Positions 17,214 through 27,363 of a DNA stretch of 49,530 nucleotides are shown here, in pieces. The DNA lies in sequence record NC_049825.1; one strand, 5' to 3'. The position numbers and the translations under genes were made by a program. The notes under the pieces were generated by a model. It saw only the letters and a program-made list of their open reading frames with translations, had not been told where the DNA came from and ran no database searches. The stretch is from Escherichia phage grams. Every line of letters starts with the position of its first letter. Position 1 is the first letter of the stretch.

Positions 17214-17648
17214 ATGAGTGATTATTCAGTCATTGTTGGCGCTGAGTCGCCAGGGTGCATGGTCGATTCTTCAATAATGGTGATTAACGGATCTTTCGTG
17301 TGCGGAGATGAATTTATTGCGCCAGGTAAGATTGTGCGACTATCACATATAATAAATGGATACAAAATAGCAAGTGTTAATGGGGATCTTGTTATTGGCG
17401 TGGCAGTAAGGCCGCCGGACTCGTGCATATATGAGGAGGGTGATCCCGTTAATGTGGTTAGTAGAGGTAGTGTGTGGTGCTTAACTTCTGAGAGCGAAGC
17501 GCCAGAATATGGAGATAAAGTATTTGTAACGCAAGATGGAGATGCGGCATACAGTGAAGGCGACTTGCTGAGCGGTTGGATCTTTACTGGCGAACATGTA
17601 AAGGTTGATCATGATTCATATATTGTCGGGGTAAGCATTAGCGCATAA
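17214..17648 (+). CDS. capsid-associated protein, paralogue 2
   Basis: 144 aa; paralogous to 16656..17168. Confidence 0.4.
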   Translation: MSDYSVIVGAESPGCMVDSSIMVINGSFVCGDEFIAPGKIVRLSHIINGYKIASVNGDLVIGVAVRPPDSCIYEEGDPVNVVSRGSVWCLTSESEAPEYGDKVFVTQDGDAAYSEGDLLSGWIFTGEHVKVDHDSYIVGVSISA

Positions 17649-17665
17649 CACAAAATTATGTTGCA

Positions 17666-17687
17666 CGTTTAACAAAAAATGCTATCA
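17666..17687 (-). promoter_or_regulatory. conserved element in orientation opposite to flanking late genes
   Basis: Plus strand reads GTTTAACAAAAAATGCTATCA; no well-spaced -10 on minus strand. Confidence 0.35.
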
Positions 17688-17731
17688 TTGTGGCGTTACA
17701 TACTAACAGCCTTTATATATGGAGGGAGAAA

Positions 17732-18706
17732 ATGGAAAAAGAAAAATTTGATCAGCTAGATGCGGATATTGTTTCTAGCTATCTGGCTACTCGCGGCGTT
17801 AAGGGTGATGCTTCTGATATGGGTATCTGGACGGCGCAAGAGCTTCACAAGATCCGCTCAACTGCTTACGAGAAAGAATATCCGGCAGGTTCAGCGCTTC
17901 GTGTATTCCCTGTAACTAATGAGCTTTCTGATACTGATAAGACTTTTGAATATCAGATGTTTGACAAGGTTGGTTACGCAAAAATTATCGCTGATTACAC
18001 CGACGATCTGCCGACCGTTGACGCGCTGATGTCCAGCGAATTTGGTAAAGTGTTCCGCTTGGGTAACGCGTTCTTGATCTCCATTGACGAAATCAAGGCT
18101 GGTCAGCGCACTGGTAAGAGCCTTTCCACTCGCAAGGCAAACGCAGCGCAAAACGCTCATGATCAGGAAGTTAACCGCCTGGTGTTTAAGGGTTCAAAGC
18201 CGCATAAGATTCTTTCGGTGTTTGAGCACCCTAACCTGACAAAGATCGTGTCAACTGGCTGGTTAAGTGCTGATGAAAACACTAAGTTCCCGCAGGCAGC
18301 ATCTGATGAACTGGAAAAGGCTATTGAAACCATTCAGACCATCACCAATGGTCAGCACCGCGCAACCAATATCCTGATTCCGCCGTCTATGCGCAAGGTT
18401 CTTTCCGTTCGAATGGAAAACACCACTGAAAGTTATCTGGAATACTTCCAGAAACAAAACAGCGGAATCACCATTGACTCAATCGCAGAGCTTGAGGATA
18501 TTGACGGCACAGGAACGAAAGGTTGTCTGGTATATGAGAAAGACCCGATGAACATGTCGATCGAAATTCCAGAAGCATTTAACATGCTTCCTGCGCAACC
18601 AAAAGATCTGCATTTCAAAGTTCCGTGTACTTCAAAATGTACTGGCCTGACGATTTACCGTCCGTTTACGCTAGTGCTTATTACTGGCTTGAAAAAATCA
18701 GGTTAA
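17732..18706 (+). CDS. major capsid protein (putative)
   Basis: 324 aa; strong RBS GGAGGGAG; position after scaffold and before head-tail genes. Confidence 0.6.
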   Translation: MEKEKFDQLDADIVSSYLATRGVKGDASDMGIWTAQELHKIRSTAYEKEYPAGSALRVFPVTNELSDTDKTFEYQMFDKVGYAKIIADYTDDLPTVDALMSSEFGKVFRLGNAFLISIDEIKAGQRTGKSLSTRKANAAQNAHDQEVNRLVFKGSKPHKILSVFEHPNLTKIVSTGWLSADENTKFPQAASDELEKAIETIQTITNGQHRATNILIPPSMRKVLSVRMENTTESYLEYFQKQNSGITIDSIAELEDIDGTGTKGCLVYEKDPMNMSIEIPEAFNMLPAQPKDLHFKVPCTSKCTGLTIYRPFTLVLITGLKKSG

Positions 18707-18719
18707 TCGTATAACATTG

Positions 18720-18748
18720 GGGAATCCTTAACTTGATTCCCTTTTTTA
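18720..18748 (+). terminator. intrinsic terminator
   Basis: GGGAATC...GATTCCC plus T6. Confidence 0.7.
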
Positions 18749-18762
18749 TTGGAGGTTATGAA

Positions 18763-19035
18763 ATGGCTAAAGAAAAAACTGTAACGCTAAAGGTTTCCGG
18801 CGTGTGCCTTATCATTGTTGATGGTGAGCATTATCATCCAGGCAAAGAGTTTGACGTAGAAGAATCAAAATTGAAAACAAGCGCGTTTGAATATCTAATT
18901 GCAAAAGGCGATCTGGAGGTTAAAGACAACTCCGCATTGAACGAAGAAATCAAACAGAGCGCAGCAAGCAAACGTAAAAAAGACCCGCGAGAGGGCAAGA
19001 GCAAAGCCGAACTTGAAGACGGCGGCATCTATTAA
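18763..19035 (+). CDS. hypothetical structural protein (90 aa)
   Basis: ATG with RBS GGAGG. Confidence 0.45.
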   Translation: MAKEKTVTLKVSGVCLIIVDGEHYHPGKEFDVEESKLKTSAFEYLIAKGDLEVKDNSALNEEIKQSAASKRKKDPREGKSKAELEDGGIY

Positions 19036-19082
19036 TAAAGAGGGCGCTTATAGCGCCCTTTGTCATATCTGGAGGAAACAAA

Positions 19083-19499
19083 ATGGTTGATGAATTTTTC
19101 ACTGACGCAGAAATCACGCAGCAAATCGTAAAATTAGCGCCACCGATGAAGCAGATTGATCCAGATTTAATGGTGGCATGGATTGAGCTTGCAAAGGAAT
19201 TTGTTTGCAAGAAGCGGTTTAAAGAGTCATATCCTAAAGCGGTTGCTCTTTATACGTTGCACCTTATGACGCTTGATGGAGCCATGAAGCAAGAAGGGGA
19301 AAGCGTAGAAAGTTACTCGCGGCGAGTTGCGTCATTTTCCCTGACTGGTGAATTTAGCCAGACTTTTGATCGAGTGTCAGGCGACTCTGGCGGAAAAGAG
19401 ATTAGACAAACTCCCTGGGGGAAAATGTACGAAACGCTAAATCGTAAGAAAGGCGGTGGATTTGGCCTTGTGACTGGATTCCGGAGGCGCTGCAAATGA
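19083..19499 (+). CDS. head-tail connector protein (putative)
   Basis: 138 aa, position in head-tail joining cluster. Confidence 0.4.
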   Translation: MVDEFFTDAEITQQIVKLAPPMKQIDPDLMVAWIELAKEFVCKKRFKESYPKAVALYTLHLMTLDGAMKQEGESVESYSRRVASFSLTGEFSQTFDRVSGDSGGKEIRQTPWGKMYETLNRKKGGGFGLVTGFRRRCK

Positions 19500-19867
19500 A
19501 CTATAACGAGATCGCAAGAATGGCAACCGAAGGAATTAACTTCTTTAGTGATAGCAACGGTGAGTTTAAGTGCATAACGCAGCGTGGAAGAGTTGAAATC
19601 ATCGGAGGCGAAGAAGTAGAAAAGCCAGAGATTAGTGTAATGATTAAGGGTTTAATTCGATCCCCAAAAGTCAGAGAGGTTGACGGCGAGACAATACGAG
19701 TAACCGATAAGTTGGGAATTTTTAACAATAAAGTTGAAATTAAGAACGGGTATCATATTGATGTTGATGGTGAATTATATGTTGTAGTTGAAGCAAGACC
19801 AATCAGGCAAACCAATGTCACTGTTGCTTATCGGCCTATTTTGAGAAGGATTTCTGTACATGGCTAA
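19496..19867 (+). CDS. head-tail joining protein (putative)
   Basis: 123 aa, overlapping start/stop with neighbours. Confidence 0.4.
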   Translation: MNYNEIARMATEGINFFSDSNGEFKCITQRGRVEIIGGEEVEKPEISVMIKGLIRSPKVREVDGETIRVTDKLGIFNNKVEIKNGYHIDVDGELYVVVEARPIRQTNVTVAYRPILRRISVHG

Positions 19868-20303
19868 AAACTACACGATAAGGGAATTTCACGGCAACAT
19901 TGATGCGTGGATAAACGCCGTTGATAGTGGACTAAAAGATTGTGTTGAGTTATTCGCCGAAAAAGTACACGCAGATTTGGTTAAGCGTTCTCCGGTAGAT
20001 ACTGGTCGTTACCGTGGAAACTGGCAGGTAACAGCAAATAAGCCGCCATTGTATGCGCTTAACCAGTACGATAAGCACGGCGACAAAACGATCGCGGAAG
20101 GTAAGAGAGCTATATACGCAATATTGAGAGGTGGCGGAGCGGTAAGGGCCATTTATTTTTCAAACATGCTTATTTACGCTAACGCGCTTGAATACGGTCA
20201 TTCAAAACAAGCGCCAGCTGGTGTGCTTGGGATTGTAGCGGTTAAGTTGAGATCTTATATGGCTGAGGCAATAAAAGAATCGAGGGCAAAAAATGCACTA
20301 TGA
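19860..20303 (+). CDS. HK97 gp10-like neck/tail component
   Basis: 147 aa; VDTGRYRGNWQV block characteristic of the family. Confidence 0.5.
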   Translation: MAKNYTIREFHGNIDAWINAVDSGLKDCVELFAEKVHADLVKRSPVDTGRYRGNWQVTANKPPLYALNQYDKHGDKTIAEGKRAIYAILRGGGAVRAIYFSNMLIYANALEYGHSKQAPAGVLGIVAVKLRSYMAEAIKESRAKNAL

Positions 20304-20691
20304 ATTAATGCTATCGGCGCGTAAGGCGCTGGCGACTGAATACGAGAGCAGATTCACGATCGCTTATGAAAACGTAGAGTTTACGCCACCTGGTGACGGT
20401 TCGCCGTGGTTGAAATTTGACTATACCGAAGTTGACACAGAATACTTGTCATTGGATCGCAAATGTGTTTCATATATCGGAATGATTCAGGTTGGCATTG
20501 TGTTTCCGCCAGGTTACGGAACTGACAGACCGCGTGTGCTCGCTAAAGAGATTGCGCAATTCTTTTACGATGGTAAAATGTTGGAGCATGGTTATATATA
20601 TGAGGGTGCAAGAGTTCACAAGCCGCTCAAGAGTGAAAGCGGCTGGATTCTCCCAATAAGATTTTATGTTCGAATTGAAACAAAGGAGTAA
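20293..20691 (+). CDS. tail completion / terminator protein (putative)
   Basis: 132 aa, position before major tail protein. Confidence 0.4.
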   Translation: MHYELMLSARKALATEYESRFTIAYENVEFTPPGDGSPWLKFDYTEVDTEYLSLDRKCVSYIGMIQVGIVFPPGYGTDRPRVLAKEIAQFFYDGKMLEHGYIYEGARVHKPLKSESGWILPIRFYVRIETKE

Positions 20692-20696
20692 AAATT

Positions 20697-21359
20697 ATGC
20701 ATTTACCAAATGGATCGCAAATTTTCGTTGAGAGCAATCGCGGCAGCGAAATCCAAGCAACCGCAGTGTCAAACGCTAAAGATCCCGTTTTCACTGTTGC
20801 ATCTGGTGGCACTGCGTACAAGAAAGGCGATTATGTAATCATCACTGCATCCTCCTGGGGCAAGCTGATTGATCGTGTTATGCGTGTAAAGGCTAACGGT
20901 GAAGAAACAAGCGTAACTCTTGAGGGTGTTGATACTACCGATCAGAACGTGTTCCCGACTGGCGGCACTGCATCTTTTGCCAAGATTGATGCATGGACTG
21001 AGATCCCTTGCGTTCAGGATTTGTCGCAGGGCGGCGGAGAACAGCAATATTACACTTATCAGTGTTTGGCTGACGACCAGGAGCAGCAGTTACCTACCTA
21101 TAAGAGCGCGGTTTCTCTTACCTACACTTTTGCGCACGAATACGATAACGCGATCTATCCGTTACTTCGTGCAGCAGACGAATCCGGTGAAGTAACGGCG
21201 CTTCGCATGTATGTACCAAAAGCAAAAGAGATGCGTTGCTGGGCTGGTGTACTTTCGTTTAACGAGATCCCGCAAACGACCGTTAACGAAATGGAAACTG
21301 TTTCCCTGTCTGTATCCCTGAAAGGTCGATTCACCTTTCTACCTTCTCAAGTAGCATAA
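20697..21359 (+). CDS. major tail protein
   Basis: 220 aa; position before chaperone-frameshift-tape measure triad; followed by strong terminator. Confidence 0.6.
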   Translation: MHLPNGSQIFVESNRGSEIQATAVSNAKDPVFTVASGGTAYKKGDYVIITASSWGKLIDRVMRVKANGEETSVTLEGVDTTDQNVFPTGGTASFAKIDAWTEIPCVQDLSQGGGEQQYYTYQCLADDQEQQLPTYKSAVSLTYTFAHEYDNAIYPLLRAADESGEVTALRMYVPKAKEMRCWAGVLSFNEIPQTTVNEMETVSLSVSLKGRFTFLPSQVA

Positions 21360-21365
21360 TCACAA

Positions 21366-21388
21366 GGGGCGTTGCGCCCCTTTTTTTG
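21366..21388 (+). terminator. intrinsic terminator
   Basis: GGGGCGTTGCGCCCC plus T7. Confidence 0.8.
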
Positions 21389-21401
21389 TTACTGTACAAT
21401 C

Positions 21402-21447
21402 ATGCTACACGATTCATAATCAATTCTTTTAACAAAAAGTGCTATCA
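21402..21447 (-). promoter_or_regulatory. conserved element plus -10 (TAGCAT) pointing leftward, antisense to late genes
   Basis: Minus-strand reading TGATAGCACTTTTTGTTAAAAG-N18-TAGCAT. Confidence 0.4.
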
Positions 21448-21458
21448 AGGAGAAAGAA

Positions 21459-21776
21459 ATGTCAAAAATGAAATTGACGATTGGGCCGCTTCCTGACTTT
21501 AAATTACCAGTGAAATTTGCAATGCCTAACGGAGAAGATCAAACAATTATCTTCACAGTTCGCCACCGCAAAACAAGTGAGATTCACGAGCGCTACACGT
21601 CAGATACTCCAATGAGCGATGTTGAAATGATTACCTTCCTTGCTTCCGGTTGGAATCTTGATGATGAATTTAACGAAGAAAATATTAAACAGCTTCTTGA
21701 TTACTACCCAGCAACAGCAATCGGATTAACTAGCGCATACATGAAAGCGCTTGCGGGGCAGCGAGTAAAAAACTAA
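21459..21776 (+). CDS. tail assembly chaperone (G-like)
   Basis: 105 aa; ends ...QRVKN stop with slippery AAAAAAC at 21767..21773. Confidence 0.7.
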   Translation: MSKMKLTIGPLPDFKLPVKFAMPNGEDQTIIFTVRHRKTSEIHERYTSDTPMSDVEMITFLASGWNLDDEFNEENIKQLLDYYPATAIGLTSAYMKALAGQRVKN

Positions 21777-22087
21777 AAAGGGCGGTTTACCTGTTTTATC
21801 AGAAACCGCCGACAGATGCAGAGCTTGAGGCCGTTGGGCTTACAAGGGCAGACTATGAAGGAGAAGATCCGCCAGAGGTTATATTTGATAAAAGCATGAT
21901 GCAATCATGGGATATATTTTGCGCAATGCAAACGCAGTGGAGATGTTCTGGCGGTGGCGCTTACGGATTTGATTATAATGTCTTGCCTATGCTTTTTGAG
22001 ATTTACAAGGTTGAGGATCGCGAGATGGCGCTAAACGACTTGCGAATCATGGAGCAAAAAGCACTTGAAATGATGCATTCAAAATAA
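21459..22087 (+). CDS. tail assembly chaperone frameshift product (G-T-like), -1 frameshift at 21767..21773
   Basis: -1 frame is open for about 107 codons from the slippery heptamer A AAA AAC to stop at 22087, ending just before tape measure gene. Confidence 0.6.
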
Positions 22088-22108
22088 GCGCCTACGGGCG
22101 CTTTTTTA
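22088..22108 (+). terminator. intrinsic terminator / attenuator
   Basis: GCGCCTACGGGCGC plus T6. Confidence 0.6.
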
Positions 22109-22126
22109 TTATCTGGAGGATTAATA

Positions 22127-24799
22127 ATGTCAGAACAATACGCAGGATTGACGCTTGGGGTTGACGTTTCTCAACTCAACAATGCTGTAAAGTCTTTGCA
22201 GCAATTCAAGAAGGCAAACGACGACGCAAAGGGAAGCGTTGAAAGTTTTGTTGATTCAGAGGTTGTTGCAAGACAAAGAGCCAAACAACTGGCTGAGGAA
22301 TTGGCAAAGCAGAAGCAAGAATTTAAAGCAATTCAGTCGGCAATAGATCCGACAGCAAGCAAAATGGATAAGTTGCGCCAGGCTGCGACACAGCTTGATG
22401 CGCTTTGGAAAAAAGGAATTGTGCCGGATGATACATTCTTTGAGTTAGGATCGATTCTTGAGACGCAGCAAAATAAACTGATCGCAACTAAAAAGGCACT
22501 AACTGAAGAAGGCCGCGCAGCGCTTGAGGAAGCAAAAAATAAGGCAAGAGCAGAGGCTGAGGCAAGAAAGTTTATTGCGGCATTGCAGGCGCAAGCTGAC
22601 GCAGCGGAAAAAACAAAGTCAGAGCTTGTAGAAATGAGAGCCGCACAACTTGGAGTTAGTGCAGAGGCCGCGCAATTTATTGCAAAAATGAAGGAGCAGG
22701 AAAAACAAGCCTCAAAACTTGGCGTTTCTATGGGGCAGTACAAGCAAGCAATGGCGCAATTGCCAATGCAGATCACTGACGTTGTTACTTCTCTTGCTTC
22801 AGGTATGCCAGTATGGATGATCGCAATCCAGCAGGGTGGTCAAATCAAGGACTCATTCGGCGGTGTTGCTAATACGTTTAAAGCGCTAATGACATTTGTC
22901 ACGCCTTTAAGTGTAGGAATGACGGCGCTGACTGGTGCTCTTGGTTATGCTGCATATAATGCATACAAAACAAATGCACAGCTGAAGGAGATCACAAAAA
23001 CCGTTCAGGAGGCAACAGGTCTTTCAGGTGAGTTTGCAGAGCGGATCGCAACTGGAATTCAGGCGCTATCTGACAAGACAGGAGAGAGCGCAGACAATAT
23101 CGCAAAGGCTTATATAAGCACTAAGGATGGAGCAAGCGAGGCTATACAAAAACTCGTCGATGTTGGATTTACCTATGACGAAGCAAAGGCAAAAGTAAAC
23201 GAATACAAAAACGCATCAAGTTTTGTAAGTCTTAACAATGAAATTGCTGATCACAAAAACAAAGTTCTTGAGCTTGGCGATTCATGGTATGCGGTCTTAA
23301 AAGCAAAACGTGATTATGCTTCACCGTCCGGCGGGCTGTTGGGGAAAGAGCTTGGTTATGTAAATCCTATGTTGCAATTTGCGAAGAACACCTATGAGGA
23401 TATAGGAAAGATCGTAAAAGATGCGAATAGGGATATGGCGGAACGAGCAGCACGCATCGACAGAGAAAACCTTTCATTAAACAGAGTTCGATCGGCGCAA
23501 GAGGCTTTAAACAAAGCCATAGAGGATCAGAAGAACGTAGCAAGGACAGCAGACGAAGAGTTGAAAAAACGAGCGGCTGAGAACGTTGAGTTCAGGCGAA
23601 AAGAGCTTGAAGAGGCGAAGAAGGCGCAGCAGCAAAAGGAAAAAGTTGGTGGAGTTGTAAAAGCACCAACAGAGCAGCTTGATAAGGAGCTATATGTTCT
23701 CAAAGCGCAACTTGAAACACTAAAAGAGCACAGGACTGTAAATGATGTTATTTCACGCCAGAGGCAATCTTTGTGGAGTATTGAAAAGCAGATCCAGATC
23801 CTGGAGGAAGCGCAAAGCAAACGCAAGCTGACAAGAGCGGAACAGGCGTTACTAAACGAGCAAAAAACAGTTCTTGCTATGGCAAAAGAAAAGGCAGATA
23901 TAGGCGATCAGATTGTTTTGCAACAGAGAAAGAATAAGCAATACCAGGAAGGGCTTAAATTCATTCAGCAAACATCAGATGCTATTGACGCTATGAACTT
24001 GCGACAGTCTGGAGCTACAGATCTGCAAATCCAGCGAGAGCTTGAGTTGAAGAAGTTGCGAACTGATTATGTTGCTGGCGGCGGTAGTATCGACGATGAA
24101 ATTTATCAGCAGATGGAAGCAAAGCTGAAGGAGTATTACGCCACTGAGGATCAGCTTAGAAATAACTGGATTGCAGGAGCAAAGAACGCATGGGAGGTTT
24201 ACGGACAAGATGCAATGGATATGTACGGCAACGTGCAAGATATTGCAAGCGAGGCGCTCAACGGTCTAACCAACCAAATGGCTACATTCCTTGCAACAGG
24301 TAAGGCAAATTTTAAGAGCTTCGCAACGTCAATCATCCAAATGATTATCCAGATGATCACAAAGATGGTTATCTTTAATGCCATATCTGGTGCGATTGGC
24401 GGTGACACTTGGACGATTGGGAGCCTTCTTAAAAATGTTGGATTTGCAACTGGTGGATACACTGGCGACGGCGGGAAGTATGAGCCAGCAGGTGTTGTTC
24501 ATAAAGGCGAGTTTGTCATGACTAAGGAGGCCACGAGGCGGATCGGAGTTGGAAATCTTTACAAAATGATGCGCGGTTATGCAAATGGCGGCGTTGTTGG
24601 TGGATCTTCATACACTGGCGGCGGCGTTTCATCTGGAGCCACAAATCTTAATATTGGCGGGATCAGCGTTGATATTAACAACGGAAGCGATCCGAAAGGG
24701 TTGGAGACTGGCGTAAAAATGATTTTCACTGATATGATTAAGCGATCCTGTACGCAAGGTGGAGAAGTTTACGAATTTGTTATGTCTAAGCGGGGGTGA
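22127..24799 (+). CDS. tail tape measure protein
   Basis: 890 aa, Ala/Lys/Glu/Gln-rich coiled-coil-like sequence, Gly-rich C-terminal region; RBS GGAGG. Confidence 0.85.
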   Translation: MSEQYAGLTLGVDVSQLNNAVKSLQQFKKANDDAKGSVESFVDSEVVARQRAKQLAEELAKQKQEFKAIQSAIDPTASKMDKLRQAATQLDALWKKGIVPDDTFFELGSILETQQNKLIATKKALTEEGRAALEEAKNKARAEAEARKFIAALQAQADAAEKTKSELVEMRAAQLGVSAEAAQFIAKMKEQEKQASKLGVSMGQYKQAMAQLPMQITDVVTSLASGMPVWMIAIQQGGQIKDSFGGVANTFKALMTFVTPLSVGMTALTGALGYAAYNAYKTNAQLKEITKTVQEATGLSGEFAERIATGIQALSDKTGESADNIAKAYISTKDGASEAIQKLVDVGFTYDEAKAKVNEYKNASSFVSLNNEIADHKNKVLELGDSWYAVLKAKRDYASPSGGLLGKELGYVNPMLQFAKNTYEDIGKIVKDANRDMAERAARIDRENLSLNRVRSAQEALNKAIEDQKNVARTADEELKKRAAENVEFRRKELEEAKKAQQQKEKVGGVVKAPTEQLDKELYVLKAQLETLKEHRTVNDVISRQRQSLWSIEKQIQILEEAQSKRKLTRAEQALLNEQKTVLAMAKEKADIGDQIVLQQRKNKQYQEGLKFIQQTSDAIDAMNLRQSGATDLQIQRELELKKLRTDYVAGGGSIDDEIYQQMEAKLKEYYATEDQLRNNWIAGAKNAWEVYGQDAMDMYGNVQDIASEALNGLTNQMATFLATGKANFKSFATSIIQMIIQMITKMVIFNAISGAIGGDTWTIGSLLKNVGFATGGYTGDGGKYEPAGVVHKGEFVMTKEATRRIGVGNLYKMMRGYANGGVVGGSSYTGGGVSSGATNLNIGGISVDINNGSDPKGLETGVKMIFTDMIKRSCTQGGEVYEFVMSKRG

Positions 24800-25152
24800 T
24801 AGTGAAACTTGAGCAATTCAAATGGTGTACGCAAACGCAAGGAGGCGGCGGCACTATGACCACATCAAATAACGACAGGGAAATCTCATTTGGTAATGGT
24901 TACACGCAGGTTGCGTCAGGAGGGTTTAACACTGTACGCAGGGAATTTTCCATTGTCTATGTGGGTAATGATTACCGAGATGTTGTTGACTTCCTGAATG
25001 GTCACAGGTTGAAGCCGTTTTTATGGTTTATGCCTGACGGTCAACCTGGTCTATTCAGGGTGAAATCTGGTAGCGTTGGATTGACTCCAATATCAGCAAC
25101 CGTTCAGGAAGTGAAAGCAACATTTACTGAGCAATTTACATCAATGCAATAA
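24796..25152 (+). CDS. minor tail protein (lambda M-like)
   Basis: 118 aa directly after tape measure. Confidence 0.55.
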   Translation: MIVKLEQFKWCTQTQGGGGTMTTSNNDREISFGNGYTQVASGGFNTVRREFSIVYVGNDYRDVVDFLNGHRLKPFLWFMPDGQPGLFRVKSGSVGLTPISATVQEVKATFTEQFTSMQ

Positions 25153-25157
25153 TTCAA

Positions 25158-25180
25158 GCCGCCTTTGTGCGGCTTTTTTA
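25158..25180 (+). terminator. intrinsic terminator
   Basis: GCCGCCTTTGTGCGGC plus T6. Confidence 0.65.
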
Positions 25181-25213
25181 TTGATGATACAATGCACGAA
25201 AGGAGGTGCAATT

Positions 25214-25975
25214 ATGGCTAATGAAACAACAGGTCGCGCGGATCTTGAAAATTGTCTGCAAAGCCTTTACCCTGGCGAGATTATCACGCTAATTGAAATT
25301 GACGGCACAAAGTTTGGCGCAAACATTTACCGCATACACAATGAGAACATCTCATACACTGCGGAAGAATTATTGCAGGCGCGAGAAACTGGAGTTCTTC
25401 CGCCGAAAGAGATTACATTCCGTGGTGAGGTTTACGGCGCGCGCCCGTTCGGAATATCTGGAATCAACTTCACAAGCAACGGAAAGGCTGATAAGCCACA
25501 ATTGATACTATCAAACCTTGATAGCCAGGTGAGTGCGATGATTCGTAACTTTAACGGCATGATGCAAGCTAAGGTTACAATCTGGATCACGCCAGCGGAA
25601 TTAATGGGGAAAGATGGCAGCATTAAAGATGGCGCTTCAAGAAAGCTGGTTTATTACATTGAGCGCCCAAGCCATTACAATAGGATGATGGCAAAATTTG
25701 ATCTGACATCGCCTTATGATATGGATGGAATAATGATTCCTCCGCGAATAACTCAAAGCGTTTGTTATTGGGCGCAGCGTGGATGGTATCGAAGCGGAAA
25801 AGGTTGCGGATACAATGGATCGCGAATGTTTGACAAAGACAACAATCCTGTAACCGATCCATCTCAAGACTTTTGCGCAGGAACTGTAACAGCGTGCAAA
25901 CTTCGTTTTGGTGCAGATCAGCAGCTTGATTTTGGCGGCGCACCAGTAGCAAGCCTGTTAAGGAGAAACCAGTAA
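25214..25975 (+). CDS. minor tail protein (lambda L-like)
   Basis: ATG at 25214 with RBS AAAGGAGG; C-terminal four-Cys cluster as in gpL. Confidence 0.6.
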   Translation: MANETTGRADLENCLQSLYPGEIITLIEIDGTKFGANIYRIHNENISYTAEELLQARETGVLPPKEITFRGEVYGARPFGISGINFTSNGKADKPQLILSNLDSQVSAMIRNFNGMMQAKVTIWITPAELMGKDGSIKDGASRKLVYYIERPSHYNRMMAKFDLTSPYDMDGIMIPPRITQSVCYWAQRGWYRSGKGCGYNGSRMFDKDNNPVTDPSQDFCAGTVTACKLRFGADQQLDFGGAPVASLLRRNQ

Positions 25976-26706
25976 TGATTAGTGCAAAGATAAAACTTGA
26001 AATAATGCAGCACGTAAAAGATGAATACCCGCGCGAGGCGTGCGGGGTTATCACTCAAAAGTCGCGGGTACAGAAATATCACCGAATAACAAACGTGCAT
26101 GATGATCCTGAAAATCATTTTGAGATGGACGCAATTGAATACGTTGAGGCTTGTGAAAGTGGTGAGCTTATTGCTGTTGTGCATAGCCACACAGGAGACG
26201 GGGCAAGCACAATTCCAAGCGCCCATGATACATGCATGTGTGATGAAATGGGTGTTTCATGGGTTATTGTGTCATGGCCCGAAGGTGACATGAGAATCAT
26301 AGAGCCTGAATCTCGTCCCCTGATTGGTCGCCCGTGGTCGCTTGGTTCTTATGATTGCTGGGGTCTTATTATGGCATGGCACAAACAACATGGCGTTATC
26401 CTGAATGATTTCAGGAAACCATATGAATGGTGGAAGCCTGAGCACGGCGAAAATCTTTACCAGGAAAATTATCTGAAAGAGGGTTTTGTTGAAACAGGAG
26501 AGACGCCAAAACCTGGTGATATGGTTATCTTTCAGCTTTCCGCTCCAGTGTGGAATCATGCAGGTATTTATCTTGGCAACAATCAGTTGCTTCATCATGC
26601 CTTTGGTAAGTTGTCGAGGGTTGATTTGTATTCTGGATGGTATCAGGAACATGCAAAAACGGTTTGTAGACATAAGGATCTGAAATATGACTTTGAAGGT
26701 AATTAA
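25975..26706 (+). CDS. tail assembly protein (lambda K-like; MPN/JAB plus NlpC/P60)
   Basis: HSH...D metal-binding block and NlpC/P60 Cys (SYDCWGL) and His (WNHAGIYLG) motifs. Confidence 0.7.
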   Translation: MISAKIKLEIMQHVKDEYPREACGVITQKSRVQKYHRITNVHDDPENHFEMDAIEYVEACESGELIAVVHSHTGDGASTIPSAHDTCMCDEMGVSWVIVSWPEGDMRIIEPESRPLIGRPWSLGSYDCWGLIMAWHKQHGVILNDFRKPYEWWKPEHGENLYQENYLKEGFVETGETPKPGDMVIFQLSAPVWNHAGIYLGNNQLLHHAFGKLSRVDLYSGWYQEHAKTVCRHKDLKYDFEGN

Positions 26707-27283
26707 ATTATCTGGATCTTTAGGACGAAGATTTGGTGTATTTCATAAGCTGGCTGTTGATTCATACCCCGAAGCAATACGCGCACTATCTTCGCAGGTG
26801 GAAGGATTCAAGGACTACATGCAAAGCGAAGTAGGATCGCGAATGCGTTACGCTGTATTTGTTGACGGTAAGAATGTAGGACAGCACGATGAAAAATCGT
26901 GGCAATGCGCAAAGGAAGTGAGGATTATTCCAATCCCAACAGGTTCAAAGTCTGGCGGGTTGTTTCAGGTTGTTCTTGGTGCGGTTATTATGGCGACTGC
27001 ATTTTTCACTGGCGGCGCTTCACTTGCTCTGATGGGTGCTTTTGCATCGTCTGCTTTCATGATGGGTGGAGCAATGGTACTTGGCGGAGTAATGCAAATG
27101 ATTTCACCGCAGCAAGGAGGATCAAGATTGTCCTCACAGTCAGCAGAAAACAAGCCGTCTTATGCTTTCGGTGGCGCTGTTAACACAACGGCAGCAGGAT
27201 ACCCAATACCATTGCCATATGGTCAAAGGACAGTCGGCGGAGCTATCTGGTCGGCTGGCAGTTATGCAGAGGATAAGGCTTAA
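26687..27283 (+). CDS. tail assembly protein (lambda I-like)
   Basis: 198 aa with hydrophobic Gly/Ala-rich C-terminal half; position before J. Confidence 0.55.
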   Translation: MTLKVIKLSGSLGRRFGVFHKLAVDSYPEAIRALSSQVEGFKDYMQSEVGSRMRYAVFVDGKNVGQHDEKSWQCAKEVRIIPIPTGSKSGGLFQVVLGAVIMATAFFTGGASLALMGAFASSAFMMGGAMVLGGVMQMISPQQGGSRLSSQSAENKPSYAFGGAVNTTAAGYPIPLPYGQRTVGGAIWSAGSYAEDKA

Positions 27284-27291
27284 TATAAAAG

Positions 27292-27319
27292 AGTCGCGCG
27301 TTGCGCGGCTTTTTTTTTG
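27292..27319 (+). terminator. intrinsic terminator
   Basis: CGCGCG-TT-GCGCGG stem plus T9. Confidence 0.65.
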
Positions 27320-27329
27320 CCCGTATAAT
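27301..27329 (+). promoter_or_regulatory. sigma70-like promoter overlapping terminator, upstream of J
   Basis: TTGCGC-N17-TATAAT; partial conserved element AAATAGCAC at 27340..27348 in leader. Confidence 0.4.
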
Positions 27330-27363
27330 TCAACAAATTAAATAGCACAAAAGGTGAAAAAGC

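Noticed and set aside
22333-24462. Several minus-strand ORFs inside the tape measure gene (22333..22776, 23527..23826, 23975..24238, 24199..24462)
   Set aside because: All are antisense to a long, well-supported structural gene and have biased low-complexity composition typical of shadow frames.
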